DNA of 64,000 nt from a virus (IMGVR_UViG_3300044730_001822:32001-96000); one strand, 5' to 3'; counted from the stretch's first letter, positions 52,758 to 64,000 are shown. The notes: a model not told the origin generated them from the sequence alone. A program made the numbers and translations.

Positions 52758-55700
52758 ATGGCCACAACATCCAGACAGACTGCTATATTTGGACTAGAAG
52801 ATTGGAAACGCTTCTATCAAAACTACAGCCAAGCCGACTTTCAAAGCTATGACTTTGAGACCATCCGCAAGACATTTGTAGATTATCTGCGTTTATACTA
52901 TCCCGAAACATTCAACGACTACACAGAATCGTCGGAATTTATCGCCTTGCTGGATGTCATGGCGTTCATGGGCCAGGCCCTGGCATTCCGCAATGATTTA
53001 AATGCTAGAGAAAATTTCATTGACACAGCCGAGCGCAGGGATAGTGTGGTTAAATTGGCCAATCTGGTTGACTACACTCCCAAACGCAATATCCCAGCAC
53101 AGGGCTATTTAAAAGTGGTAGCCATCAGCACCACGGAAAATGTGTATGATTATCAAGGCAACAATCTAGCAGGCATCACGGTGAACTGGAATGATCTAAC
53201 CAACGACAATTGGTATGATCAATTTACTTCCATAATCAATGCTACCTTGGTTTCTAGCCAGCGTGTGGGCAAGCCCGGCGCTACTGCCACTATATTAAAT
53301 GTGTTGACTGAAGAATATGCAGTGAATATGCAAGCAGGATATCTGCCGGTCATACCATTTACCACCACAGTGGATGGCATATCCATGCCCTTTGAAGCAG
53401 TATCCGCCACTACCAAAGGCAAAGACTATGTGTATGAACCTGCTCCCAGACCCAATTCTGTGTTTAACACCCTGTTCCGTAATGATCGCCAGGGCTATGG
53501 GTCTATCAACACCGGCTGGTTTTTATATTTCAAGCAGGGAATATTATTGAATCAAGATTTCAATTTCCCTGAAAAAATCAACAACAACAATCAGAATATC
53601 GACATCGAAGGCATCAACGAAGAAGATTATTGGCTGTATCAATTGGATGAAATTGGTAATATAACCACACTGTGGACTCCCAAAGAAAGCATCTATACCG
53701 CTGCCACACTGGGCAGTTCAGAGCGCAGCCTGCGCACCATCTACTCGGTGACCAGCAGAGCCAATGATCAGATACAGTACAATTTTGGTGATGGTACCTT
53801 TGCCGAAGCGCCTGTGGGCACATTCCGTACATATGTGCGCCAGAGCAATGGTCTTACCTACACCATCAATCCGGAAGAAATGCAGGCAGTGGTGCTACAG
53901 CTCAGTTACATTGACCGCAACAACAAAGTACAGACCATCACTTACACACTGAGCCTGCAGCAGAATGTTACCAACAGCCAGGCCCGTGAAAGCATAGTGA
54001 ATATCAAACAGCGTGCGCCTTCGAGATTTTACACACAGAATCGCATGGTCAACGGTCAGGACTATAATCAATTTCCCTATAGCCAATACAATTCTATCAT
54101 TAAATCAAAATCCATTGTGCGTTCGGTAATAGGTGCCGCACGTAATTTAGATTTCCTAGATATCACGGGCAAATATTCTTCTACCAATGTGTTTGCCGAC
54201 GATGGCGTGCTGTACGAAGAACAGTCGCAGCCAAATTTTGCTTTTGATTTTCTAGATGTTTCCGATATCAATTCAGCCATAATCAATGGTGTGCAGCCCA
54301 TAACACGCAGCAAAGAAATGCTGCAATTTTATTATGAGAATTTCCCAAGACCTCAATTGAATTCTGTGTTGAATCCCTATGCACAACCAGGTTTGCCTGA
54401 GCCAGCTGTGCCATTTTTGTTCTGGCATCAGACTTCGGCCACTACCAATACCTGCACCGGGTGGTTTGCTTATGTGTCAGCGCCAGGCGCCACAGGCTTA
54501 CCAGTGGCCGTGGGCAACAATGCCGAGGGCAATCTGCGCTATATTGAACAAAGCGCACTGGTTAAATTTGACGCACCCGTGGGCAGCTGCTTTGATGCCA
54601 ACAATCGCCTGCAGAATCGTTTGCCCACAGAACCCGGCGATCATGTCATAATCTGGGCCACTGTGACTCGTGTGGTACGCGACGGCAGCAATCAGGGCCG
54701 CGGCGATCTCAGCGATGGCACAGGTCCGGTAAGCCTTAATAATTTTGTGCCCATGGGAGCCATACCCACACAGGTTATTCCTATTTTCGTCAATACATTC
54801 AGCACAGAATTGATAACTTTAATGGTACAGAATATCCTGCTGTACAGGAATTTTGGGCTGGGCTATGACAATGTCAATAGAGTTTGGTATTTTATCAGCA
54901 ACACAAACCTAGCTGTAGATGCTCCCTTTGACATCGCCACTGCTGGCAACGTTACCAACACCAACAGCGACGCTGCTTGGATGTTCCAATTTATCAGCGA
55001 TGGCGTCAACTACACAGTGACCTATCGCAATCTCAAGTATGTGTTTGGATCTGTCAGCCAGTGTAGATTCTTTTTTGATTCTGCAGGACGCATATTTGAC
55101 GTGAAAAAAGGCAGCATAGTCAATGACTATATCAATGTGCTGCGCAGCAATTCCGATGCCGGCGCTGTGCCGCCCTACAGCAAGAGCCTGCTGGACAATG
55201 TGATATTAGACATCATTGGGCAGACTGTAGAAAGCGATGGTTACGTCAACGACTTTGGCGTGGAAGTATCCTTTGGCGACTATGATCAAGACAACATAGC
55301 CGACGATCCTGATTTTTTCAATGTGATTGTGGCGCCCGATGTTGACCCCAATACCAAGTACGTGTTTTTACAGCGCACCTTGGATTTTGATAATCTTGAA
55401 AGATATCTCCTGATTCCCGAATATGTCATGAACAAGGTCTATCCTACCAAAAATGCCATTGAAGCAGAGTTGGCAGCTTATCCTGCAGGACAGTTATTTT
55501 TTGCCTATCAAGACAAGACTTTCTGGGAATTGAAAGTGGATATCTTTGGCGGACGCAGTCTCAGTCCGCGCACGGATTTCCAGTACCGCATAGGTCGCGC
55601 AGGATTGTATTTCCAGTATCGTCACAACAGTCCCAACACACGCAGGATCGATCCCGGTACCAGCAACATCATTGATATCTATGTAGTGACCAATAGTTAT

Positions 55701-56234
55701 TACATTGAATATCGCAACTGGATCACAGATTCTACCAACACTGTGCCCAAACCTGAAGTGCCTACCATGAGTGAATTGGCACAGAGCTATCAAGGGCTCA
55801 ATGAATACAAAATGCTCAGTGACAACATAGTGTTGAATTCTGTCACGTTCAAACCCTTGTTTGGCGCCAAGGCCGATCCCGAACTCAGAGCCTTGTTCAA
55901 AGTGGTACGCAATATCAATACCACAGCGTCGGATCAGGAAATCAAATCATCTGTGGTAGCGGCATTGAATACCTATTTTGACATCGACAACTGGAGTTTT
56001 GGTGATATATTTTATGCTTCGGAATTGTCGGCTTATCTACACGATGTCCTGGGCGAGTTGATATCCAGCGTGGTGCTGGTACCGCAGGATCCCAACAAGG
56101 CCTTTGGTAATTTGTACGAAATACGTTCAGCACCCACGGAAATATTTGTCAATGCTACCACAGTCAATGACGTGGAAATAGTGGCCGCACTGACACCCAG
56201 CGAACTTAGAATACAGACCACAGTAAGTTATTGA
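52758..56234 (+). CDS. gp6: Baseplate wedge protein, gp6-like (1158 aa)
   Basis: DF.SYDFETIR......YL...YPE.FNDY.ESSE, ENFIDTAERRDSV..LA..V.Y.PKR, FGDG, IK..AP...YTQNRMV...DY. Confidence 0.88.
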   Translation: MATTSRQTAIFGLEDWKRFYQNYSQADFQSYDFETIRKTFVDYLRLYYPETFNDYTESSEFIALLDVMAFMGQALAFRNDLNARENFIDTAERRDSVVKLANLVDYTPKRNIPAQGYLKVVAISTTENVYDYQGNNLAGITVNWNDLTNDNWYDQFTSIINATLVSSQRVGKPGATATILNVLTEEYAVNMQAGYLPVIPFTTTVDGISMPFEAVSATTKGKDYVYEPAPRPNSVFNTLFRNDRQGYGSINTGWFLYFKQGILLNQDFNFPEKINNNNQNIDIEGINEEDYWLYQLDEIGNITTLWTPKESIYTAATLGSSERSLRTIYSVTSRANDQIQYNFGDGTFAEAPVGTFRTYVRQSNGLTYTINPEEMQAVVLQLSYIDRNNKVQTITYTLSLQQNVTNSQARESIVNIKQRAPSRFYTQNRMVNGQDYNQFPYSQYNSIIKSKSIVRSVIGAARNLDFLDITGKYSSTNVFADDGVLYEEQSQPNFAFDFLDVSDINSAIINGVQPITRSKEMLQFYYENFPRPQLNSVLNPYAQPGLPEPAVPFLFWHQTSATTNTCTGWFAYVSAPGATGLPVAVGNNAEGNLRYIEQSALVKFDAPVGSCFDANNRLQNRLPTEPGDHVIIWATVTRVVRDGSNQGRGDLSDGTGPVSLNNFVPMGAIPTQVIPIFVNTFSTELITLMVQNILLYRNFGLGYDNVNRVWYFISNTNLAVDAPFDIATAGNVTNTNSDAAWMFQFISDGVNYTVTYRNLKYVFGSVSQCRFFFDSAGRIFDVKKGSIVNDYINVLRSNSDAGAVPPYSKSLLDNVILDIIGQTVESDGYVNDFGVEVSFGDYDQDNIADDPDFFNVIVAPDVDPNTKYVFLQRTLDFDNLERYLLIPEYVMNKVYPTKNAIEAELAAYPAGQLFFAYQDKTFWELKVDIFGGRSLSPRTDFQYRIGRAGLYFQYRHNSPNTRRIDPGTSNIIDIYVVTNSYYIEYRNWITDSTNTVPKPEVPTMSELAQSYQGLNEYKMLSDNIVLNSVTFKPLFGAKADPELRALFKVVRNINTTASDQEIKSSVVAALNTYFDIDNWSFGDIFYASELSAYLHDVLGELISSVVLVPQDPNKAFGNLYEIRSAPTEIFVNATTVNDVEIVAALTPSELRIQTTVSY

Positions 56235-56237
56235 TCG

Positions 56238-59200
56238 ATGATACGCACCGTAGATTTTTTACCTGAAATATTCCGCACACCTACCAACCGGCAGGTGTTA
56301 CACGCCACGCTGGATCAATTGGTACAGGAGCCGGCCTATCAACGATCGCAGGGATTTATTGGACGCCGTTATGGCCCAGGAGTCACTGTAGAGGATCGTT
56401 ATTTGACCGAGCCCGACAAAACACGCAGGGACTATCAGTTAGAAACAGCCACAGTATTTTTAGAAGAAGGCAATCGTCGCGCTGTTGATGCATTGACCTA
56501 TCCAGGTTATTTGGATGCCTTGAAAAGGCTCAACGGTCCAATCACACGGCCCGATGAATTATTCCAGCAAGAATATTACGCTGTAGATTTTTTTGTAGAC
56601 TATGATAAATTTGTAAATTTCAGCCAATATTATTGGTTGGCCCAGGGTCCCGAAGCAGTGACCTTGACCGCGCCAGGCGCCAATCAAGCATTTGATGTCG
56701 AACGCTATATCGTGGGTCAACAGACCTATACCACTGATCAGGTGAGATTGCTCAGTCCAGTGACCTGGAACAAGCCTGTGACATTCAGCAATGGCATGCG
56801 CATACGCTTTGTAGGCAATATCAAACCCTTGGCCTATCGTGGACAGGAATTTTACGTAGAAGGCGTGGGCACTGCCGATGGAATAAAACTACTGCCAGTC
56901 AGTAATTTTGTCATTCCCGAACTGTACAATTATCCAGTGTATATCAAGCGCGAGCCTGTGCCCTGGGACATTTATCCCTGGGACATGACGGCCTGGGATG
57001 GCAGCCAGATCATTCCTGGCACTGACATCGACTATATCACTATCAATCGCGCCAGCGAAGATCTAAATCCCTGGACACGCAGCAATCGCTGGTTCCATAT
57101 TGATGTATTGAATTATTCAGCAGAAATCAACGGGCAAACTCTGGTGCTGGATGACACTTTCCGTGGCAAGCGCCCTATCTTGGAATTCAGGCCTGGCATC
57201 AAACTCATCAACTTTGGTACCAAGGGCCTACAGCCCATCAGCCTGATTGACTATACCATAACCAATGCCTTTACCCAAGTGGCCGGCCAGACCAGCTGTA
57301 CCATCGACGGCATTGAGTTGTTTGCTGGCATGAAAGTTATTTTTGCTGGCGATCAAAATCCTCTAGTGGCACGTCAGGTCTATCTGGTAGAACAGATCAC
57401 ACCTGTGTTGGGCGAAGACAGCCTGCTGTATCTACAGCCCATAGAAGGGCAAGTGGCCGAAGAAGGGTCAGTCACTGTTTGTACTCTGGGACTGACGCAA
57501 CAGGGTTTTAGTTTTTACTACAGCAACGGCCAGTGGAGCACTGCGGCTGAATGCCAACAAAAGCACCGCATCAATCAAGCACCGTTGTACGACGTGTTTG
57601 ATACCAATGGTGTCAGTTTCAGTGACACCATGGTCTATCCTGAATCCACTTTTAGGGGCAGTCCTTTGTTCCAATATGCCGTGGGTGCAGGTGTATATGA
57701 CGCTGTGTTGAAATTTCCTTTGCAGTATGCATCAGTGGGCAACATTGGTGATATACTGTTTTGGTTTAATCTTTATCGTGATTCATTTACCTATCTCAAT
57801 GGACTGGTCACTGACACAGTGGGCCTGCGCACAGGATATGTGCATCAGTATGTGGCGAGAACAACATATAGACGTTTGATAGGTTATCAGACAGCCAGCT
57901 TTACACCCAACACTGCGGATACCGCAGTGGTCAGCCAGCAGCCGCAGATATTTGAATTTGACTATACTTCGGGTGCTGTTATCCTAGATGTGGCTGTTTG
58001 GCAGCAGGATCAGTATCCTGACATCACCAACATAGTCAAGGTCTCCGTCAACGACGAACTTCAGGATACCGATACCTATACCTATCGCATACTAGACGCT
58101 TTTAATCTTGAAGTCTATCCCGTGCCCGAATCCGGAGCTGGTGTAGGCGTGCAAACTGAAATCATCTTTGATGTAGATCCTGCACCTACCAGTTTGGTGG
58201 TAGCGGCTGTGCTCAGCGATCAGACCAGCAAAACTGCTTATTTTGCAGTGCCTACCAACCTCAGCGTCAACGCATTGAATCAGGATCTAACACAAGTTAC
58301 ACTGGGATCACTGCGCGATCATTTTGTTTCTATTTGCCAAAACATACAGGGATTTACCGGCAAGATTTTGGCTGCCAACAACAGTCGTGACCTGGGCAAT
58401 CTCATTCCCTATGGCACCAATCTAATACAAAATTCAGCAGCACTGGCTATACCTGCTGTGTTTCTAAGAGAACAAAGCTATTCAATTTCTTCAGCACTGG
58501 ATTTCAGCAGCGCCGAATATCAGAGATACAAAGATCTCATGCTGGATTTTATTTGGAAAAATGAATTCCTCGAAGAGACCACTGCCGAGATCTTGGACTC
58601 GGCCATCGACGCATTGAAATCCAATCGCAACAGCAGCAATCCGTTTTACTGGAGTGATATCATCACAGCTGGTATCTTTGAAAGCACAACATACAATTGG
58701 TTTGAAGGCGCCAGCAGGACCTTTGATCTGATCTATAACTATGATTTCAGCACAGCCAATTATCAAGGACTCAATGTTTATGTCAATGATGTGATATTGT
58801 GTAGAAACAGGGATTATGTTGTTGACACCCAAGTCAATACTGTGGTCATTGAACAAGATCTCTTGGCCGACGGTGATATTGTAGTCATACGCGAATACCA
58901 GCAGACCTATGGTAATTTTGTTCCAGCCACGCCCAGCAGTCTTAGACTGTATCCTGCTTATTTTCCTGAGATATATGTAGACAATACCTATGCCACGCCC
59001 ACCACTGTGATACGTGGACACGATGGCTCAATCACTCCGGCCTTTGGCGACTACAGGGATCAGGTTCTGCTTGAATTTGAAACACGCATCTACAGCAACA
59101 TCAGGGGCGCAGCAGAGTATCCTTTGGATTATACAGAGTTCCTGCCAGGCGCCTTCCGTGGTGTCACACAAGACAACATCAACAGCCAGACCATAATCAA

Positions 59201-62200
59201 CAATGAATTTGTGCGCTGGCTGGGTGCCAATCGCGTGGACTATAAACAACAGGATTACCAGGCCAATAATCAATATACCTGGAACTACAGCCAAAGTGGT
59301 GCTAGCCTGACCTATCCCAGTGGCCAAGATGCCGGCGGCGATATTCCCATGCCGGGCTATTGGCGCCAGGTCTATTGGTATTTTTATGACACCGACGAGC
59401 CACAGAACTATCCCTGGCAAATGCTGGGCTTTAGCAACCGGCCTGTATGGTGGGAAGAACAGTATGGTCCTGCCCCTTATACCTCGGGCAATCAATACAT
59501 GTGGGAAGACATACAGGAAGGTCGTATACGCGAGCCCGGCAATGAACGAGTAGACACAGTATATGCTAGACCGGGACTGTTACAGGTGCTGCCTGTGGAT
59601 GCCCAAGGACAACTGCTGTCACCGTTTGAATGTTTGGTAGCCGGCTTTAATCCTGCTACCTGGCAGGCCAATTGGAGCATTGGGGGAGGCTCGCCGGCCG
59701 AAACTGCTTGGCGCAAATCATCGGCCTGGCCCTTTGCCATGCAGAAATTACTGCTGTTGTTGCGTCCAGCACAGTATCTAAATTATTACATTGATCGTGA
59801 TAGATATCAATACAACGCGGAATTCAAACAATGGCTGTATCAACAGCGCAACAGATTGACAGCACAGGATCTGCAGATCTACGGCACAGGCACAGCCGTC
59901 AACAGTTATGTCAATTTCATTGTTGACTACAACAAGAGTTATGGATTGCCTGGCACAGAAAATCTCACTGCCAGACTAGATAATCTAGATGTGCGCTTGG
60001 CCTATCGCGTGGCTGGGTTCACAGACAAACGATATCTGCAGTTACTCAGTGATCGCAGCGGTCCCAACAGCAGCAATCTCAGTATATTGATACCCGATGA
60101 GAACTACAACATACTGCTGTATCGCAATGAAATCTTTGACAGCATCAACTACTCGGCAGTGACCATTGAACGCACCGATTCGGGCTGGGCTGTCTACGGC
60201 AACAGTTTAAGCAATCCATATTTCCAAATCTTGCCCAGTATCATCAACAACAACTATACCACGGTCAGGATCGGCAACACTACCATACGTATACAAAAAG
60301 ATTTTAGTGATACAGTTACCTTGATACCATATGGATATATCTTCCGCAGCGTCAACGCCGTGGTAGACTTTTTGATTTCCTATGGTCAATTTTTAAGTCT
60401 TTCGGGCTTGTCATACAATACTCTGGAAAATACCGTGCTGTTGACCTGGGAGCAGATGGCACAGGAGTATGTCTACTGGTACAATCAAGGTTGGTCAGTG
60501 GGCGCAATGATACAGCTCAATCCCAGCAGCACCCGTTTGGAATTTTACAGACAGAATGCAGTGGTCGTAAATCTCTTGGAAGCCAATCGTGAAGATATAC
60601 TGGTCAATCAAAACAAGCAGGCACTGCAGATCCGAGACTACAGCGTCTACAGAGATGGCAATCTCTTTGAGCTGACATCACTGAACGAAAATACCATTGG
60701 TTATGTTAACTTGAAACTGACCAATTACGAAAACATCATCATACTTGACAACGTAACAGATTTTGGTGACGTGATCTATGAACCCCTGACTGGACTGCGC
60801 CAGGGCCGATTGATATACCAAGGCATTAAATCTGCTGGCTGGAATGGTACCATGGATGCGCCAGGTTTTATCATCAATTTGTCATCGGTAGCAGAGTGGG
60901 ATACGGGCCTGAAATATGCCAAAGGCCAAGTGGTAAAATTCAAGAACTTTTATTATCAGGCCAATACTACAGTTGACCCGTCAGATACATTTGACTACAA
61001 CCTTTGGACCAAGATAATTTACCGTCCTGATCAGGAAGGTATGCTGCCAAATCTAGCGCTCAAGGCTGTACAAAGTACCGAGTATTACAATCAGCACAGC
61101 AACAACCTCAACGTAGATTCTGAAGTACTGGGATTTGGCATCACTGGATTTAGGCCCAGAGAGTATATGGCCAGTATCGAACTGGATGAAGTCAGCCAGA
61201 TGAATGCCTATCAAGACTTTATCGGCGTCAAAGGCACACCACGCAGTCTTTATTTCTATGATCAGGCCAAAGTAGCCGGTGATGATCTGTCCTATGATAT
61301 CTATGAAAACTGGGCTATACAGCGTGCCACCTATGGTGCCACCGCTACCAATGCCTTTGTTGACTTTACACTGGATGCCACGGCACTGACCAGCAATCCC
61401 AGCACTAGCCAATTTGTTGTAGCAGGCGAGACCACAGAAGCCGATCAGGCCACGCTCATAACAGATCTTTATGCCACCAGCTATCCTATCAAGACCACAG
61501 AGATATTGCCGCTGTTGACACAAGAAAATCCTGATGTATTCTTGCCCACTGCTGGTTATGTTGAAAGCCAAGATGTAGAAGTGCAGATATTCAGCATTGA
61601 AGATCTCAACAGTGTGACTGCGCAACTGGACAAAATTACTAATCTAGCAGAGATATGGGTAGCCAAGGTCAATCAAAGCGAGTGGGCAGTGTACAAATGC
61701 CAGAATCTACAATCCACCCTGGTACTGGCCCAAGATAACTTGGATGGTCAGACCTTACTGGTATTTGATCTTGATCACGGTTTGGTCAATGATCAGATCA
61801 TAATCATCAAAGAATTCAACGAGGCATTGCAAGGAGCATTCCGCGTGGTCAGTGTGACATCCACTACATCGGTATTGATTGCAGAATCTCTGCCCGATGA
61901 TGTTACTACACTGATAGGCTCTGGCATAGTATTTCAACTGGAAAATGTACGTGTGGCACAGCCCAGTGACATAGCAGACATGAACATATTGTATCAGTTG
62001 GTGTCTACCAACAAGGTATGGGTAGACGACAACGGCCAGGGCCGCTGGGAAACATTGGAAAAACAAAATCCCTATACCGAACAAGCCGCTTATGAATATT
62101 CGGGCACAGTTAATTTTGGATCATCGGTGATACAGACCGCAGACAGCGGCAATCTATTGATCGGAGCACCGGGCAGTTATTCGTCGGGCGCAGTGATACC

Positions 62201-64000
62201 ATATACCCATGTGGCCAACACTTACGTGGCTGGTTCTCCCCTGACCATACCTTCGCTGTGGACAGGTTACGGTGACTTTGGCCGTGTGGGAGATTCTTCT
62301 GGCAATGATTGGGCAGCTTTTTCAGTAGGCCTATATACGCTACCGGGAATTTTCACAGACTACCGTGTGGTAGCAATGAAGAAAAACAATCAAGGATTCC
62401 AGCCACGACAACTGCTGTCGGGCGGCAGCAGTGGTACCGCAGGTGCGTTTGTAGGCCAGATCAAGTTCAGCGAAGACTATAATTGGTTGTATGTCAGTAA
62501 CCCATCTGAAAGACTGGTTCGGGTATATCAAAGGAATCCCTGGCAAGAGCAGACAGCAGAATTTCTCTGTACTGGCCGCAGGGCATTGTTTGAATTCAGC
62601 GACAGTGTTCGGGTCACTGATGGTTCTCAAATCAGCGTAAGATTAAATCTCGACAATGATAATTTGCTGGCATATAATCAAGAGTACACTGCTACGACCA
62701 CTACGGTACGTCTTAGAGTCCCACCACCGCCACCATTTACAGTCACCACTGACATCACCATTGCCACATCCGAATTTACTGTACAATCTACTGCTAATCT
62801 AGGCATTGGACAGTTGGTCAGTGGCATAGGTGTGCCTGGTAACACTAAAATTATTGCTGTAGATGACGCCACCAATGTAGTCACGGTCAGCCAACTGTTT
62901 ACAGCCACAGCCCAAGATATCAATTTAACCATAACCAACATAATCTATATAGGTCGCTGGACCACTGATCCTGAACCTGGTTATTGGGGTTCGGCACGTA
63001 ATCCTTTGATACCCAATGGCGGCCTTAGAACCTTCCCCATTGATATGCTGGCCGGTGCCACATCGGATCCGGGTTCGGTAGGAGTATACTACAACGGACA
63101 ATTGTTACGTCCCAATAATTTTCCCGAGATTGATGGCGACTATACCTACGATTTCCCCAATCGGCAAGTGATATTCAATTTTACACCACCGGCTGCCGGT
63201 GCGCAGGCAGTGACTTATCAGTCAAGCGAATACTATTCTGAACTGGCCACAGTCAATGATCCTGACAGTTATAATTTTACCTTTGGATCTAGTTGTGCTA
63301 CCAATCAAGACGGATCGTTGTTAGCAGTAGGCGATGCCGATACCAATACCAGTACCGTGGTTAATGATCACGACGGTTTGGTTTATGTCTATGATCGGGG
63401 TATCGTGCGGCACATGGTATCTAATGTGGCACAGAGCTTGTATTCTACGCCAGCCAATATCATTGGACAACCGCAGGTCTGGCTCAACGGCCAGATGCTG
63501 TATGAAGACACTGACGTAACATTTGGCAGTTTTGTATATGAGCCTGCGGGCAATGTCAGCGATCCTGTGTACACAGGTCCGGCCAACATCAGCATCAACA
63601 CCGGCGTGGCTGGCAACATAGGCGACATACTGGATATTTCCTACAACAATTTTAAAATCACTCAAGCGGTAAGCAATCCGCAGGCCAATGTTGGTAACAG
63701 TGAGTTCGGCGCAGCAGTAAGTTTAAATGGTTATGGATCTGCCTTGATAGTAGGCGCTCCTAATGGCAATACCATATCAATCAATACTGGATTCGCCGCC
63801 CGCATTGAAAATCAAGCAGCTGTCTATGGATCCATCACTGGCACTACAATCAATCCCACTGTGTCTAGAAATTCCGATCTGCGTATCAATGACTATTATG
63901 TAAAATTTGCGCAGGCAGATGTATCTAATGTGTCTTTATCTACCAACTGTACTATCACCACTGCTGCTGCGCACGGGTATTACACTGGAGAAATAGTTAA
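56238..64000 (+). CDS. Giant virion structural protein (>2587 aa, runs off right edge), baseplate/fibre scaffold
   Basis: ATG 56238 gives MIRTVDFLPEIFRTPTN...LDQL. The ORF is absent from the track, consistent with no in-frame stop. The same frame reads TAAAHGYYTGEIV at the window end. It contains FG-GAP-like FG..V......L.IGAP repeats. Confidence 0.85.
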   Translation, partial: MIRTVDFLPEIFRTPTNRQVLHATLDQLVQEPAYQRSQGFIGRRYGPGVTVEDRYLTEPDKTRRDYQLETATVFLEEGNRRAVDALTYPGYLDALKRLNGPITRPDELFQQEYYAVDFFVDYDKFVNFSQYYWLAQGPEAVTLTAPGANQAFDVERYIVGQQTYTTDQVRLLSPVTWNKPVTFSNGMRIRFVGNIKPLAYRGQEFYVEGVGTADGIKLLPVSNFVIPELYNYPVYIKREPVPWDIYPWDMTAWDGSQIIPGTDIDYITINRASEDLNPWTRSNRWFHIDVLNYSAEINGQTLVLDDTFRGKRPILEFRPGIKLINFGTKGLQPISLIDYTITNAFTQVAGQTSCTIDGIELFAGMKVIFAGDQNPLVARQVYLVEQITPVLGEDSLLYLQPIEGQVAEEGSVTVCTLGLTQQGFSFYYSNGQWSTAAECQQKHRINQAPLYDVFDTNGVSFSDTMVYPESTFRGSPLFQYAVGAGVYDAVLKFPLQYASVGNIGDILFWFNLYRDSFTYLNGLVTDTVGLRTGYVHQYVARTTYRRLIGYQTASFTPNTADTAVVSQQPQIFEFDYTSGAVILDVAVWQQDQYPDITNIVKVSVNDELQDTDTYTYRILDAFNLEVYPVPESGAGVGVQTEIIFDVDPAPTSLVVAAVLSDQTSKTAYFAVPTNLSVNALNQDLTQVTLGSLRDHFVSICQNIQGFTGKILAANNSRDLGNLIPYGTNLIQNSAALAIPAVFLREQSYSISSALDFSSAEYQRYKDLMLDFIWKNEFLEETTAEILDSAIDALKSNRNSSNPFYWSDIITAGIFESTTYNWFEGASRTFDLIYNYDFSTANYQGLNVYVNDVILCRNRDYVVDTQVNTVVIEQDLLADGDIVVIREYQQTYGNFVPATPSSLRLYPAYFPEIYVDNTYATPTTVIRGHDGSITPAFGDYRDQVLLEFETRIYSNIRGAAEYPLDYTEFLPGAFRGVTQDNINSQTIINNEFVRWLGANRVDYKQQDYQANNQYTWNYSQSGASLTYPSGQDAGGDIPMPGYWRQVYWYFYDTDEPQNYPWQMLGFSNRPVWWEEQYGPAPYTSGNQYMWEDIQEGRIREPGNERVDTVYARPGLLQVLPVDAQGQLLSPFECLVAGFNPATWQANWSIGGGSPAETAWRKSSAWPFAMQKLLLLLRPAQYLNYYIDRDRYQYNAEFKQWLYQQRNRLTAQDLQIYGTGTAVNSYVNFIVDYNKSYGLPGTENLTARLDNLDVRLAYRVAGFTDKRYLQLLSDRSGPNSSNLSILIPDENYNILLYRNEIFDSINYSAVTIERTDSGWAVYGNSLSNPYFQILPSIINNNYTTVRIGNTTIRIQKDFSDTVTLIPYGYIFRSVNAVVDFLISYGQFLSLSGLSYNTLENTVLLTWEQMAQEYVYWYNQGWSVGAMIQLNPSSTRLEFYRQNAVVVNLLEANREDILVNQNKQALQIRDYSVYRDGNLFELTSLNENTIGYVNLKLTNYENIIILDNVTDFGDVIYEPLTGLRQGRLIYQGIKSAGWNGTMDAPGFIINLSSVAEWDTGLKYAKGQVVKFKNFYYQANTTVDPSDTFDYNLWTKIIYRPDQEGMLPNLALKAVQSTEYYNQHSNNLNVDSEVLGFGITGFRPREYMASIELDEVSQMNAYQDFIGVKGTPRSLYFYDQAKVAGDDLSYDIYENWAIQRATYGATATNAFVDFTLDATALTSNPSTSQFVVAGETTEADQATLITDLYATSYPIKTTEILPLLTQENPDVFLPTAGYVESQDVEVQIFSIEDLNSVTAQLDKITNLAEIWVAKVNQSEWAVYKCQNLQSTLVLAQDNLDGQTLLVFDLDHGLVNDQIIIIKEFNEALQGAFRVVSVTSTTSVLIAESLPDDVTTLIGSGIVFQLENVRVAQPSDIADMNILYQLVSTNKVWVDDNGQGRWETLEKQNPYTEQAAYEYSGTVNFGSSVIQTADSGNLLIGAPGSYSSGAVIPYTHVANTYVAGSPLTIPSLWTGYGDFGRVGDSSGNDWAAFSVGLYTLPGIFTDYRVVAMKKNNQGFQPRQLLSGGSSGTAGAFVGQIKFSEDYNWLYVSNPSERLVRVYQRNPWQEQTAEFLCTGRRALFEFSDSVRVTDGSQISVRLNLDNDNLLAYNQEYTATTTTVRLRVPPPPPFTVTTDITIATSEFTVQSTANLGIGQLVSGIGVPGNTKIIAVDDATNVVTVSQLFTATAQDINLTITNIIYIGRWTTDPEPGYWGSARNPLIPNGGLRTFPIDMLAGATSDPGSVGVYYNGQLLRPNNFPEIDGDYTYDFPNRQVIFNFTPPAAGAQAVTYQSSEYYSELATVNDPDSYNFTFGSSCATNQDGSLLAVGDADTNTSTVVNDHDGLVYVYDRGIVRHMVSNVAQSLYSTPANIIGQPQVWLNGQMLYEDTDVTFGSFVYEPAGNVSDPVYTGPANISINTGVAGNIGDILDISYNNFKITQAVSNPQANVGNSEFGAAVSLNGYGSALIVGAPNGNTISINTGFAARIENQAAVYGSITGTTINPTVSRNSDLRINDYYVKFAQADVSNVSLSTNCTITTAAAHGYYTGEIV

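Noticed and set aside
1-64000. Stop-codon reassignment (TAG or TGA recoding, as in some large phages)
   Set aside because: Core genes are full length in code 11, and TAA, TAG and TGA all end genes at expected positions.
1-64000. Numerous antisense or out-of-frame ORFs in the track (e.g. 5881-6564, 41219-41854, 58491-59021, 61053-61625)
   Set aside because: They lie fully within recognisable genes on the opposite strand or frame and have no motifs or RBS, so they are shadow ORFs.

Overview
This window is the virion-morphogenesis core of a large, T4-like contractile-tailed (myo) dsDNA phage, and it reads cleanly in standard code 11. The oversized structural proteins suggest a jumbo-type phage (inference). 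Minus-strand blocks encode candidate internal head proteins, a gp4-like head-completion nuclease, tail tubes, a 1444-aa tail sheath, dNMP kinase, neck gp13, fibre and lectin proteins, a 2OG-Fe(II) oxygenase, capsid gp23, scaffold gp22, protease gp21, portal gp20, a tape-measure-like protein with a peptidase M15 domain, a resolvase, gp46/gp47 and late sigma gp55. Plus-strand blocks encode gp14, gp15, a NUDIX hydrolase, two gp26-like paralogs and the baseplate genes. The window ends in a >2500-aa ORF that the ORF track missed because it runs off the edge. No tRNA, rRNA, CRISPR array, integrase or RT was seen. The strongest leads are: (1) a ~0.5-kb densely structured region (39115-39650) with minus-strand G-U bias, a candidate large ncRNA; (2) a slippery-site -1 frameshift fusing a gp26-like chaperone to a start-less downstream ORF; (3) late promoters embedded in hairpins that occlude the RBS or start codon, plus many apparently leaderless genes; (4) a 984-aa head protein that looks like a protease-cut polyprotein, with an exact module duplication; (5) a 7-repeat propeller-like insert in the tail sheath. 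All assignments come from reading motifs by eye; no database search was run.
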